Assembly: GCA_964016885.1 (NCBI GenBank)
Contig: OZ024745.1
Coordinates: forward strand, 95,728,001-95,792,000
Reading direction: 5' to 3'
From: Eledone cirrhosa
Lineage: Eukaryota
DNA: 64,000 nucleotides
Shown: positions 46,987 to 60,796 of the stretch, one piece after another
Layout: every line of letters starts with the position of its first letter
Position numbering within the stretch: position 1 is the first letter of the stretch
Notes under the pieces: generated by a model
What the model was told of the DNA's origin: nothing
Seen by the model: the letters and a program-made list of their open reading frames with translations, nothing else
Database searches by the model: none
Made by a program: the position numbers and the translations under genes

Positions 46987-49900
46987 ACTTTCTATTTATT
47001 TGCCACCAGGGCATAAAAGATTGGGACAATTACAAGGGGGGGAGTTTACATACATTTAAAGGACGTGTAAAAAATATAACAAATAAAATTCAACAATCGA
47101 AGTCCTCAATAGGGAGGGGGCATTGACGTGGGTTGCACACACCCCCCGAAAAAAATGTGCAACCCTCTTCTTCAGGAGCACAAAGAGGGGCTGCTCCCTT
47201 CCTCTCCTCTCTCACCTACAGGCTGATATAGAGAAAAGGCCCATTCACTCGGGCCATTCTCACCACTTTCACCCACCTTTCATAAAACTTGCTGGGGTTG
47301 AGCACCTCTCTCTCTCCATTCTGATCCTTCTAAGTGGTACTTGAAAAAAAGGACCAGTTGTTGGCCGGAGAGAAATGTGTCTGACCTCAGCCCTTTTAAC
47401 CTCGTCCACCATATAACCTCTTTCACCATAGCCATAACACAGGAAAACCGCCTCTCCCTCGTTTTTGAAGGGGAGAGGCGGTTTGATCGTGACAATGTAC
47501 TCGGTGGTCAACCGGATTGGTCCCACCCGCGACAGTAGTCATTCCACATAGCCCCACAGGTCAGCAACGCCCGGGCAGTGTACAAATGCGTGTGCGACGG
47601 TTTCCTCGTCACGCACGCATCTCGGACAGATCTTCTTTGAGGGGTCCCTACCCAGGCGCCCATGTCTGTAGAGCTTGTCCCGACCGGGTAGAGCTCCTCG
47701 GAAGCACTGCCAGGCCAGGGACTTTTCGAAGTTGTCCATCGGTCCCGGGCAAACGTCCTACCGAACAGACTGGCTAGCTCGTCTTCCTCCATGCCCAGAG
47801 CCTCTCCGAGAGCGTCGTCACACTTGCTGTCAACCAACCCTCTATAGAATGTTGAGGTTAAGTCTCCACTGATTGCCGGATCCGCTTGTCAGAGGGCCGT
47901 GAGCGCCTGGGTTCATTCAATGTGCCAGTTGCTAATTTTCTCGGTCTTTGCTTGACCCAGGATTGCAGCTCGGTGAGTGAGACAAGTCTCGGAAAGGCTC
48001 GCCTCACAAACGGGGCCCACACCGGCTGAACGGTGAGGAATACCTGGAGGTGCCTTAATGCGTGTCTATGCATCGTCAGCCACGGCATCCCCAGCCCTCT
48101 GTTCGAAGGGTGTTGACTGCAGATGGATCTTCTCACCAAAGGAGCCCGCTTCTTCCAAAGGAATCGGAAAAGCGCACGCTCCATTTTGGTGAGTGTTTTC
48201 GCTGGGCAAGGCACAACGGTCAAGCAGTAGTAGATGACGGGCACTATATAAGTGTTCGCCACCTCCACTCGACCTTTCAGGGATAGTTTGCACTCGGCCC
48301 ACTTCTGGGCGAGTGTAAACGCCCTGCTCGTTACCTCGTCCCAGTTTTTCTCCACCTGGAGGTCCAGTCCGAACCAGACCCCAAGCAGCTTCACCAGTCC
48401 CTCCGTCCAGCGTCCGACGACGGAGGGGCAGCGAGTTGCAAACCGACGGACTTGTCCCGGTTCAGCTTGGCTCCTGCCAACCTTTCGTATTCTTCCAGTA
48501 AGGTGCCAATCTGCCCGATTTCCAAGGCGCACGACACCATTACTGTCGCGTCATCGGCGTAGTCCGACACCGCTTTCGGCAATCCCGGTTCCAAGGGGAT
48601 GCCCTGCAACAGCTCCAATTTCCGCAGTAGTAGCTCGAGAGCCAGCACATACAGAAGGGAGGTGAGAGGTCATCCCTGTCGGATGGATTGCGTGAGTTGG
48701 AACGGCTCCGAGAGGTAGCCGTTCACCTTGACCCTCGAGCAGGTGTTGCTGCTGTGCATTGCAGCAATCCAGCCCCTGAAAACGGGTCCGAAGCCTGCCG
48801 CCACGAGCACCGCATCCAGGTACCGATAGTCGACCCTATCTAACGCCTTAGATTGATCCAAGTTGATCAGGGTTCCACCAAAGCCGGGTTCGTTCCCTAC
48901 CCTCTCTACGATGTATCGCATGAGGTGGAGGTTGTCGTGTATGGACCTGGACGGGATTGCGCATATCTACGCTTCTCCCACCAGGTTCCTGATGACAAAC
49001 GCTAACCTCTCCGCTAACACCTTGACCAAAATCTTTAACTCTGTGTTTAGCAGAGTTATGGGCCTGAAGTTGTCTGTCATCCCCCTTGTTCTCGTCCTTC
49101 CTCACCAACGTGACTACGCTCTTAGTCACAGAACTGGGAATTCTCCCGTTCTGTTGCCAGTTACAGTATACCGCCTCGAGGAGACCGGAGAACAAGTCCG
49201 GCATCGCTACATAAAGTTTGTATGGTAGACCATCGAGACCTGGAGATTTGCGTTTGCCGCATTGGCTCAGCGCTTCCCTCCGGGTCCAGGTGTACCTTCT
49301 GTGTGGCAAGACCCAGGTGTTTTCGCAGCAGAACGACAACCCCACCCTACCCCCTGGCTGACAGAGAGATGCGTAGATCTCAAAGTCGTCGAAGATGGGG
49401 GCCAGCTGCCGCTCGCTGCTGATCCTGGACTCACAAATAGCCATTACATCCACTCTGTGTGACCTGAGGTCATTTAAGAGTTTGCCCTGTTTCCAGGACA
49501 TCCCCAGGCCGCGTGCATTCACACATCCAACTCTTATATTGGCCATGTTGGTGCTGAAGAGTTAAAAGGAAGAGGAAAGGAAATTACTTACCTCTTCGTC
49601 TCCTGGGGACGAGGCTGCACAATTTCCATAGGGGTGTTGGAAGGGTTGTTTGGTGGGGTGAGGACATCAGTGTGTGGTGGAGTTGGGGTGTTCGGTGGGG
49701 TGTTCGGGGTGGGGGTGGGGAAACATTTCAATAGGACGTGGTTAAGTGGTTTGGTGCAGGGGGGCCCCACATCCATTGGATGGTTCTTTTTCAGTGTTAT
49801 ATAGGTATCCATTGGGACCCTAATCATCTTTAGGTGTGGTTTGCCTGCTGCGTAGGTGAAAGTGATCCCTTCGGTTTCCACCGAAGAGTTGCTTTCATCA

Positions 49901-51515
49901 AAGTTTTATTGTTCTTGTTAATGTATGTATAGTGTTTTTGTTGTGTTGTGTTTGTTTTTGTCTGTTGTTCTTGTGCGTGTTTGCGTTTTGTAGTATGTGT
50001 TATGTTTTCGGGAGGGGTGGGGTTTTTGGTTTGTTCTGTTTGTTCTGTTTGTGCTGGTGGTTGTGTGTTTGTTGCATTTTTGTTAATGTGGTGCCTTCTT
50101 TTTTTTCTTTTCACCTGTTGGATGGGTTCTCCCTTGTCGTCACTGGGTGACGTTGATATGGAGTCCTCTTCCGTGTTGTTGGGGAAGGGTATATTTTGGG
50201 GTTTTGTTGTGGTAGCTTTTGTATTTTTTTTAGGTGGGGAGGGGTTGGGTGGGAAAGTGTCTTGTGTTGTTATTTTTCCGTGGTGTTGTTGTGGTGGTGG
50301 TGGTTGTGTTGTTGTGCTCGGGGTTGGCAGAAGAGCCTTTTTTTTTTTACTCGTTAATTGAGGACAGGCAGCCCTTGGGTGACCCCTGCTTAAGCAGTGG
50401 TAACATAACGGCCACCTACCCGCCACTGAAATGTTTATATAGGTTAGCCCGTCCAGAGGCACGCATTGTGGGATATTAGCTATTCGTTCTGGGCTCATTT
50501 GCACCAGAACTTCTATGCTAGTCCCACTAAATACACCTCCGGAGGACTTTCCTACTGAGATTATCTTGTCTTCATCAAAATCAATGAATCCACCAAATAT
50601 TTACATTTGGTGTGATACTCATAATTTTTATTTTTTGTGTCCTTTTTCCCCTGTATATGGGGAAAAAGGTGAAACTGGGGGAGGGGGGATACAATGGGTG
50701 ATACAGCGTATTTTTGTGCCATTGGCTGGTCATTCATTAGCACCGAAATGCTACCAAACAGTTTTCCTCTTTGGATGAAGGTTATGTCCTTCATTGCATC
50801 TTTTAGAACCAGCTCAATTTCATTTTGTGATAATTGAGCTGGTTTTCTAATTTCGTTAGATATTGTCCAGTAAACCACAGTTTTCAGGACAGCCTCTCTA
50901 TGTAATACCTGTGGAGAATTGGTGCTAAAAGCACCGTTTTGTCCAAAAGTCACGTATTGTTTTGCGTCTTGTAGTAGTTGTTTTGCATTAGTTATGTCAA
51001 TTGGCGTGTATAGTTCTGTTTTTTTACAGTTTGTGCGAACACTGTTTTGGTGTTGTTGGCTTTCTTGTTGCTGTTGTTGTTGTCACTGTTGTTGATGTTG
51101 TTCATATTTTCCTTGGTGTTGTTATTGTTGCAGTTGTTGGTTGTGGTGTTATTGTCATTGTTCTTGTTATTGGTGCTGGTATTATTTACCGGTTTTGGTT
51201 CCGTAGTTGCAATATTTACAACGTTTTTCGATAAGGCGAGGGGAGAAGGCTGCTAGCTTTGTACTCCTAACTTCCCTCCACCACTACAGTGTGCGAGGTT
51301 GAAGTGGCATCCATTATTGACTACCAAGTCTACACAGATTTTTGAGATGAAAATTTCGCCCCAAAAAGGGGCGAAAATTAGTTAACTCAACGTCTGAAGG
51401 CCCAGACAAGGGGTTAAACTAAACAATACTAACAAATTGAACAATGAACTCTCAGTTTTTTTAACAATAATCCGTAAAAAATCCGGAGCGAAGTAATGCA
51501 CGTCTATCAACCACG

Positions 51516-51517
<2 letters not shown>
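46987..51517 (-). mobile_element. L1/Tx1-clade LINE with both ends, internally deleted and frameshifted
   Basis: ORF1 remnants (50561-50953, 49830-50504 with CYHCLSRGHPRAAC knuckle, 49588-49881); ORF2 from 49546: GCVNARGL, KSPGLDGLP, LDQSKALDRVD, IRQG, YADD, KLLGVWF, CPRC..HAFVHC; AATAAA near 3' end. Confidence 0.9.
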
Positions 51518-51577
<60 letters not shown>

Positions 51578-51596
51578 TAGAGATAGATAGATAGAT
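51518..51596. repeat. (GATA)n microsatellite at LINE 5' end
   Basis: Directly visible. Confidence 0.97.
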
Positions 51597-51718
51597 CAAC
51601 AGACATCAACAAACCTCTGGAGTCATGGTTATTAATAAATTGATGATATATATAACCCTTGGTACCAGGGAACAGAGATGTTAAATATGGTAATATATAA
51701 TTCATAATATATATATAT

Positions 51719-51931
51719 GGAGGCACATTGCTTAGTGGTTAGAGCATTGGCCTTGCAATCAAAAGGTTGTGAGTTCAATTCTCAGACCGGGTGATGTGTT
51801 GTTTCCTTGAGCAAGACACTTTATTTCACATTGCTCCAGTTTACTCAGCTGTAGAAATGAGATGATAGGACTGGGGTCCCTATCATTCCACTGCAAAGTG
51901 GTTGTGGAGGTGCCACAGCAAAAAAGCACCC
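51719..51931 (+). mobile_element. SINE family A, 5' part (tRNA-Cys-like head + CORE-like domain)
   Basis: Reverse complement of ~1545-1734; truncated at GCACCC. Confidence 0.9.
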
Positions 51932-52014
51932 TTAACGGGATCTTCTGAAGATCCCATTAAGGGTGAAAGCAGCGATTCTTTGCTTAAACTTTAATCTGTT
52001 ATTTTAATAAATAT
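51927..52014 (+). ncRNA. Hammerhead-core element preceded by a 19-bp fold-back inverted repeat
   Basis: CACCCTTAACGGGATCTTC-T-GAAGATCCCATTAAGGGTG; CTGAAGA 51945-51951, GAAA 51965-51968; rest identical to 22860-22903. Confidence 0.55.
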
Positions 52015-52102
52015 TTGCTCTATGGTTCATATATATTTGATATATATTTATCCTTATCGAGCCCTCTTTGGATTTTAGTCTTCAAATTTATTATTATTAC
52101 TA

Positions 52103-52136
<34 letters not shown>

Positions 52137-52743
52137 CCCACACACATACATATATGTTAAGTGTATGTGTGTATGCATGTGTGCTTATTTTACTTATGTC
52201 AAGTGAGTGATTCTATGACCATCTCACCATGTATCGCTAAATTTTATTACTTACAATTGGACGGCCAGAATAAAAACTCACACACATCTTTATGTGTGCA
52301 ATATCACAGAGAAAAGTAAAAGAAGAAAATTGGAAATAAATAGATTAATTGTTGTTCAGTGATTTCATGCCATCAATTCAATGAGTGATATATTTTGGGA
52401 GTTCCAAAAGTAGGAAAATGTATTGATGGTGCCATGTAAAAGTTTTATATATAGCTTGCTATAACAAAGAAATCTAAAACCAATATACGAAACTGGTCTT
52501 ATGATTTAAAAAAACAAAAAGAAGTAATCTTTTATTTGTTTCTGTTTGTAACTTTGGTGAGGAGTTTTCTGTGCTAATATATGTAATATTATATATGTTA
52601 CATTAGTATTTCTAACCAAACATGCAGAGTAACAGATGGATATCTGTTGAGATAAATCTCACACAAAGGAAATGTTGCTTATAAAGAATAGTGAAAAACA
52701 AAAAATTATGGAAGTGATGACTTTTGTTGAAGAGCTGAAGACA

Positions 52744-53582
52744 AAGGCAAAGTTAACCTCGATGGGATTTGAACCCAGACCGTAAAGAGCCGTAACTCTG
52801 TGCTGTAAAGCATGGTGTCTGACTCTCTACCGATACTGCCAATCCACCGCCCTTTATCTTTTCAAATAATGATGGCGATGATGGTGATGATGGTAATTAT
52901 GATTTCTACTTTAGGCACAAGGCCAGCAATTTTAGGGGAGGGGAAAGTTGATTAAATCCACCAGAATGTGTGACTGGTACTTTATTTTATCAACCCTGTA
53001 AAGATGAAAGTCAAAGCTAACTCCAGCACTATTTGAACACAGAACATAAAGGGCCATAACTCTATGCTGCAAAGCCTGTTGTCCAACATGCTGATTGTAA
53101 TATATTTATGCGTGTCTGTGTGTGTGTTCATCTGTGCATATACATATATTTCTGAAACCTCTGCTATTCTCTATATTGCAAACCGCATTAATCTTAAATA
53201 TATATTTGCTAGTTATAAATTAAGTGGTAGCAGTCGAAAGAAAAAAATATATATATCACAAACTATCACTTACATTTCTCTCGGATTAGTTTTTCAAAGT
53301 AAAACACACAAACATTTAGATTTAACTGAATAGAGAGTGGTTATTTTTAAATATTCACATTTGGAGGTTATTTTATATGGTAGACTGATAAATAATGGTT
53401 TTTGATTCAGGCACATGGCCAACAAATTTTGGGGAGGGGAAAGTCGATTAAGTCAACCCCAATGCATTACTAGTACTTTATTTTATCAACCCCGTAAGGA
53501 TGAAAGACATAGCTAACCATGGCAGGATTTGAACTTAGAAGTAAAGGTTCTGTATATATATGCCACAAAGCATGTTGTACAC
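52744..53582 (-). mobile_element. Cluster of three SINE family M copies (52744-52854, ~52900-53092, ~53398-53580)
   Basis: Reverse complement of family consensus. Confidence 0.8.
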
Positions 53583-53694
53583 TGATAAATAATATAATCT
53601 GAGTTAATCCAATTAATTCTAACATGTCAAGCCTGTACTATATGCAAATGAGCATCTCCAGCAGATGTTTAAGATGCACAATGTATATCAGCTA

Positions 53695-54095
53695 TCATCA
53701 TCTGGTGACCTCAGCCGAAATTGACTCAACAATTGATCTCCACGTGGGTCTGTCGTTCATTGCCGTTGCCAAATCCTGGATTTCAATACCAGAATCTCTG
53801 GAGATGACATTGAGATAGGAGAGCTTGCACCCCCTGTTATTAGTGACTGCTTGTGGTTTCCAAAGCACTAATGGGGATACAGCCTCATAGGTGGCACAAT
53901 GGCAGTGGCCAGCAAATCTTACTTTCCTTTTACATACAATGACAAATATGCATGGGAGGCTGGCATATATTTCTTTCAAAGTCAGATGTCGCCAGTTTAT
54001 GTTCTGAATGCATCGAAGCAGGCAAGTATAGGTGCCATCAAAACGCTTTTGTTGTTTGGATGAAAGCATCCATGTTTCACTTCCATATAGCAAGC
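53695..54095 (-). mobile_element. RTE (BovB-like) 3' fragment
   Basis: LLYGSETW..RFAGHC..LVLWKP..AMNDRPTWR then ATGATA. Confidence 0.85.
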
Positions 54096-55183
54096 TTATC
54101 CTTGTTTCAGTACCAAATGAGTAAACATAACTAATGATGGATAGAAAATCCTGTACCATTAGTGTCTGTTATTCTCACATAACTACTGAGTTAGCTGTGA
54201 CTTGATCCCAGTTTAAAACTTTCATAGCAAGACTTATATGTTTCTTATACATAAGCATATCTTATGTGCCTTCATATATACCTCTCATCTGAGTATTATT
54301 ATTCAGGTAAATAACTGGCATCCTTGGTCTTCAATCTTTTTGTTACTATTGCTCCAGATTGGCCCTGATTGAACAGACTTACAAATAAAGGCATTCCAGC
54401 CGTGAGACTCATGCCATTGGTTTGGACTATATTATCCAATATCTCTCTTCCGTTTTAAGATGGCAGAATGCAATTTGGGGGAAGATTTGGCTGGTATTTC
54501 TAGCAAATTGAGCAACCACACAGAAGCTCTCTCATTGATTCTTAGGTGAACAAGTTCAGTTCACTTATGCTAATGGTGATTGATCTCCCATTCATTTTGA
54601 CAATGAGCATTCAGTTGTTTTGTCAACAGAGCAACCTACTCATTAAATTAACATATAAGTAACAGATATTTCCCTTGACGTCTGTAATTAAGATTGTGGT
54701 ATGATAAGAAGAAGAAAGAAGGGTTCCTAACAAGGATTGAACATAATAGAATCAAATTCCCATTGTCACTGCCTCCGTCTCTCTCATTCTCCCCATTTCC
54801 CACCTTTATAAGCAAATATATATGTAGCTGATCTCATGGACTTTTACGAAGCACTGAGAGTATAAACTTAATATAAAGAGAAGTGTGCTCATGCATGGAG
54901 GTGCTATCAAATAGCTTACAAAATAAGGAGGATATATATATATGCATATATATATATATATATATATATATGAAGACATGTGTGTATGTGTGTGTATGTA
55001 TGTGTGTGTATGAGTGAAATATGTAGCTCCAATTAAGTAGTGACTTAGTCTGTATGAAGCTATCCATCTCATACTAGCATGGGAAAATGGATGTAAAATA
55101 CTCCTATCTCATCATCATCCTCATCATTCAATGTCCATTTTCCCTACTAGCAAGAGCTGGATGGGTTGTCATACTGAGTGATT

Positions 55184-55224
<41 letters not shown>

Positions 55225-55414
55225 GTGTGGGTGTGTTTTGAATCCTTTCATGCCTCACAACATATCTCTTTGTCAAACAGAAATAGATAAAATCCAGGCT
55301 GAAATATAAACTGTGATTGATATGATTGACTAAAAACCTTGAAAACAGTGTCCACAATGACAGAGGCCAGTAAAAATGGGGGATAAAATACAAGTCAAAT
55401 CAGTGAGATAAGAC

Positions 55415-55470
55415 CTTATCCTACAAATACTGACTTTGTAAATCAATATATATTCACATGTATTTAGATA
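55415..55470 (-). pseudogene. Candidate SLC9C-like exon (TM1)
   Basis: Strong acceptor tttttctttactttttgCAG; YLNTCEYILIYKVSICRI; weak donor. Confidence 0.35.
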
Positions 55471-55709
55471 CTGCAAAAAGTAAAGAAAAAAGATTAGAAA
55501 TTGAATAAGTTTAATCAAATTAAAAATTATTCAGCTGATTTTATAGTTTTCCTGTCATAATTGTTCAGGATAATTGTATATATATTTGTAATTGTTATTA
55601 ATTATATTAATTTCAATTTTGTTATGTTGAGAATGGAAGTGTTCCTCATATGACCAAATAATTAGGGTGTGGTGTTGGATTAATTTACTGATTGGTTGGT
55701 TGGTTGGTG

Positions 55710-56105
55710 GAAGGAGAGAAAGAAAGAACCAGAGCAAGGAAGGAAAGAAGGAGAGAAAGAAAAAACCAGAACAAGGAAGATAGAAAGATAGAGTAAGAGA
55801 AAAGAGAGAAAGAAAGAATCAGAGCAAAGAAAGAAAGAAAGGAGAGAAAGAAAGAATCAGAGCAAAGAAGGAAAGAAAGATAGAAGGAAGAAAGATAGAA
55901 AGTTTAAGAGGGGGGGGAGAAGGATAGAAAGAAAGAGTAAGAAGGAGGAGAGAGAAAGAAAGATAGAAAGAGAGAGTAAGAAAGAGGGAAAGAAGCATAG
56001 AAAGAAAGTGTAAGAATGGGGGGGGGGGTAAAAGAAAGTAAAAGAAAGAAAGAAAGTGTAAGAAAGGGAGAGAGAGAAAGAGAGGATGAAAAAAGAAAGA
56101 GACAG
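55710..56105. repeat. Polypurine (A/G) low-complexity tract
   Basis: Directly visible. Confidence 0.95.
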
Positions 56106-56580
56106 ACATGTACTATAGCCAATTGAAAAGAAATTATTATTTAAACTACTTGAAATAAACGAATAAACACATACAGATTTATTTTGAAATAAATATATCT
56201 ATGGAAAAATGTGGATGTATATTGTTAAGTGTTTTTGCAAGTTCAACATTTTGACATATTTCAACTGAGTTGCATTTCCAGAGACAGAAAATAATTCAGT
56301 GCTGAAAAGCTGAAGAATGCAGAAAAGATGTACACCCTTCTCACACCCTAAACCTGTGTTTACAGGTCACATATACAGAAAGAAACACTTATCATACAGA
56401 CACATTGTAGATTGTGAGCCAATAAGTCAGCCCCTATATGACTTAATAGAAATAACAGTCAAATTTCTATCAAATTGTACCCTATTGCCTTAACTCTTAA
56501 CACTGTAATTATTTAGCCAATATTTTTAACCCTGTCATGATTGCATTTCTAATGCAACAACTCTATTTCAATTAATTAAT

Positions 56581-56752
56581 TACCTTATTTCCTGGCGCCA
56601 AAGACGCTTCATCTTCGAGGATGCACCCTAATTTTGACAACCAAAAATTTGAAAACAAATAATAAACAACCTTCGGCTTCCAGGATGCATGGTAGATTTT
56701 TTAGACTTATTTTAGGAAAAAAGTAGCGACTTCGACGCTGGGAAATACGGTA
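56581..56752. mobile_element. Tc2/pogo-like MITE
   Basis: TA-CCTTATTTCCTGGCG..CGCTGGGAAATACGG-TA inverted ends. Confidence 0.7.
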
Positions 56753-56887
56753 ATTTTCAGTCTTCACAATAAAGAATGAGATGTACCCAAGAAAAGTTCA
56801 ATATAAAGAAGGAAGCTACCTGCATCCATTCAAAATTTACAGACTGTCATAATCTGCTCTCTTCACCGCAACATCAAGTACAATATT

Positions 56888-57104
56888 TTAACCCTTTAGC
56901 ATTTAAACCAGCTGTATCCAGCCAGAATTCTCTCACTACTCTCTGTTCAAACCAGTCGTAACTGGCCACTCATACCAACGTTAACGTATTCTTCTCAAAA
57001 TAAATAATATCAAAATCTCATAGATTCGATATTATGTAAGATAAAGCTTTTACTGAAAAAAATACAATAGTAAATAGAGAGTAATGTAAATGATAAATGG
57101 TGAA
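56888..57104 (+). mobile_element. piggyBac-type MITE
   Basis: Family consensus, right TIR decayed. Confidence 0.85.
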
Positions 57105-57949
57105 AGGCAACATTTTTTTTTAAATACAAGAGAAATACAAATCAAAATGATACCTTATCAATACAGACACTGTTCATTAATCCATTTGTAATACTTTCTA
57201 ATGAAGAACATTGCCTATGATTTTTCAAATAATTTTGAAAATAATCAAGAATTTGAAAGATTTAGTAACACATTTCTCTTTATAAAGCTGGTGTTTGGAG
57301 CTTAACAAAAGTTCTTTTATAAAATTGTAATGGAAGACTTTTAGATAAACATAAACATTTTTAAATAAACAGTTTAGTATTGTGTGGCCAAGGACAGTTT
57401 CAGACAATTTAGTATCAAAAGGGTTGATTTGACCTACTATATCATTCATGGTTATCGAACTTCACAATTATATAATCATCAGGCTTTAACATTATTGAAA
57501 AGCATAATATCATATAATGTATATTATAATTTTTTCTAAAATAAATTTTAATAAATATAATCATATTAATAAACTTGGTTTTTAATCTGAAATAGATAAA
57601 ATTGACAATTGGAAAAAAAATATTAATATAATTGCTGTATAGAATGCTCTAGGTTAACTAGCATGAGAAAATAGGAATGGAAAATAAATGTCAATGAAAA
57701 GGTCGCAGGTAAATATGAATAAAATGTTTGAAAAGATTTTCTGATTAAAAATCATTTCCCTTATGTTCTTAATCTGTAGAATTCAGTCACATTTATAAAA
57801 CTAACAAAGATTAAATTGCAACTAAACTCCTTGCAATGCTGAATAGTACCAAATATGTAAAGGTTGCAGCAAATTCAATAAACTTAATATTTAGAGGACT
57901 TTCATCATTCTCTGGTTGTTAAACAAAAGACTTCAGAGACACTCATTAC

Positions 57950-58022
57950 CTTGATACTGTTGCCAAAAACATCAGATTAAAGATGTAAATTCCAGCACAA
58001 TAAGCAGGTTCCTTAATGACAT
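57950..58022 (-). pseudogene. Possible first coding exon (signal-peptide-like, one TGA)
   Basis: MSLRNLLIVLEFTSLI*CFWQQYQ, AAG|GTAATG donor. Confidence 0.25.
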
Positions 58023-58810
58023 GCCTTTTACTTTTATTCTTTCTCAAAATGGATTATCCAGAAACATTTGTATACAGGACTACAGAAGTCTTTCTTTATA
58101 CTGGTTAAGATAATGTTAATATATTTAATGTAGAGAACATTAAAATACTAACTAGAAATAACCAATGGCTATTATTATTTAAATTTTTTTAACAAATACA
58201 GGTGGCAATACCAGGCTTGTTTCAGTCTTATCACCGAATCAGTGAAGCATGTAAATCATCTCACTTCTTAAAGTAGGGATACAAAAATCACTAAGTAAAT
58301 GTATAATATTGCTTACTGTTAACTTAGATGACTAGAATTGTTTAGAAGTCTATGATTTGTAGATGACACCATATTAAGACCAAAACCTGTCTGGAGTTGT
58401 CTCCTGTATCTACTAAAATAACAGGGCAGTCTGCACATGGACCCCCATTTGCTCATAATAGTGGGAGTTGGGAAGAACAGGAGGGACAGAGGTAGTGACA
58501 GTCGGAGTTTGGTTCCTTTGTGTTCGGACCTGGTGTATATGAAAATATTTATTTCCTGCACCACTAAAACAATTGTTTTCCTCATTGCAGAATTATTTCT
58601 ATTAATGCTCCTTCCATTAAACAGTTTAACACAGTATATTGGAGTACTGTGAAAATATTCACAAAAAGAAATAATTGCGAGATGATATATATTTATCAAG
58701 AAAACTATAAAAGTATCTAATCTCTAATTCTAAAATCTGTTACAAGGTTCTTATCCCGCTTTCTGTGACATGTAGCGATGGAGAGTGCAAGACTTCCCCC
58801 TGGACAGGAC

Positions 58811-60697
58811 TTAGTATTGGATTATAGTTGGAAATTACTGATAGTCTATTTGCGAGCTCATGTAGTAGACAATACTTGTTAGAATTTGTTTTAAAGCTGA
58901 AATTTGCAAAAACACAGTATATTTGATGAGAAAAAATAGATTTCATCACCCGAACTCAATAGCAAATCAAAAGAGAAAGATCAAGCAACATGGTAGAAGT
59001 TTCTACAAATGATACTGGTTTAGTTTAGCTAAACATTAAAGTCTGTCTTGAGCCTAGAGATATATCCTAGTTTCATGAATCATTAACCAACTGAGAGTAT
59101 TTACCTACTCCCTCCAGTCTCAATAGGATATTAGTCTGTCACAAGGTTAACCCTTAGCTGAGTGGACTGAAGCAATGGTGAAATGTCATGCCTTCCTCAA
59201 AGACACAAATGCTGCCTAGTCCAGAAACCAAACCAATGATCCTATGTTTATGAGTCAATTACTCTAGCCTTGTTGTTTAATCCTTAGTGAATTATAGTTG
59301 CGCAGACTTATGATCAAAGATCATCATCTTTTCTGCTATACTTTATCTCAGACTACATTGTACAATATGTCCTTCTCAATTTTGAAGATGGTAAAAAATG
59401 ATGTGCATGATCAGCTATTTGTAGTTGATCATACAACCAAGAAGAGTTAACAAGAAAACTTCTATACAGCATTTGACCTGATACTTTAAAAAAAGAAATT
59501 TGAAGGATACATCTGATATTGCAATTCTAGATATACAATGTTTTAAAATAAGATGTAAAGGTCACAGCAAGAATATTTTAAACCATAAGTCTGCTCACCT
59601 AGGGTTCTCTCATTGTTTTAACTTAACTGACAATATAAGTAGATAAAATATCTTTACTACTGCAGACACATGCTTTTTAATTTCAGGTTGTATAAATTTA
59701 TAATTTAAACAGGGTCTGACATTTCAGATTTAAAATAATTAGTGTAATGGTGTCGTACATACACTAAAAGCATTTGAATTCCATCTACCAAACAGAAGGC
59801 ACAAAAATTTGATTAAATAGATGAAAGGCTAAATTTTTATTATTTCATTGAGCTTCTAAAGTACTTGAGTGACAAGTGCTTTCAAATAAATTTCACTCTC
59901 TACAACAGAAAAATCATCAAAGGAATTGGCTTCTAAAATATACAATTCCAAACATAAAGAATGTAAGCCATTAGAACAAAAATAATTAAATCTTCAAGCA
60001 ACTGAGTTTCATAAATCTATTTTTCCATAAAATTACAGTTAAACAAATAAATGAATAAAACTCTGTAATATAAATTATTCAGAACTTATTTTTACTTGTT
60101 TGCCTTAAAAGTGAACTCTGAATAACAAGAGATTAAATAATAACAAAAAGTAGAAAATTCCAACAAGATACAGCAATAAAGAAGTAAGATTAACCAAGTG
60201 TTTAAAACGTGAAGTTCAATGAGAATGAACCTCAGTTATCAATATTTTTGAAACCAGCAAAGACACAAGTGTATGAGGTAAAAATATCATGATGGAATAT
60301 ATCTTAACTTTGAAATGATAGCCCAATCTCTATGTTGCAACTTTTCCTATCTTCAGATTTACACCTGCAGGCTTTTGAGAGGAAAGGAGATTTAGATGAG
60401 ATAATTAAAATTAGCATGTGTATAGATTGAGATGCAGCAGTGGTGGCTTGTTATTCAGTAGAGATATAGTAATAGAATTCTATAGCCAGGTGTATTTTCA
60501 ATGTTTTTACTTTAGTTTTAAATATTACTAAATTGCTGTGAAACAACCTATAGCAAAATATATTGAAAATTATCATTAATAATAGATGTTTAGTTGAGAA
60601 TTAGTATGAGATTATAATTAGAAATTACTGATAGTCAATGTGTATGTTCATGTGGTAGACAATACTTGTTAGAATTTGTTTCAAAGCTGAATTTTGA
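58811..60697. repeat. ~95-bp direct repeat pair (58811-58907 / 60601-60697)
   Basis: GAAATTACTGATAGTC..GTAGACAATACTTGTTAGAATTTGTTT.AAAGCTGAA shared. Confidence 0.8.
59080..59270 (-). mobile_element. Degenerate CORE-like SINE
   Basis: AGCTGAGTGGACTGAAGCAA..CCTCAAAGACACAA resembles family A core. Confidence 0.45.
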
Positions 60698-60796
60698 AAC
60701 ATAACCCTACATAGATTGTACAGTTATGAAATGGTTATGGTATTGATTCAGACTTATTCCAAGTTAATGATAATATTGCAATTCTATGCAATCTAC

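Noticed and set aside
51719-51795. Functional tRNA-Cys gene
   Set aside because: Acceptor stem does not pair well and it continues into the CORE-like SINE body; multiple SINE copies
58811-60697. LTR pair
   Set aside because: Repeats only ~95 bp, no TG..CA, PBS/PPT or internal coding remnants
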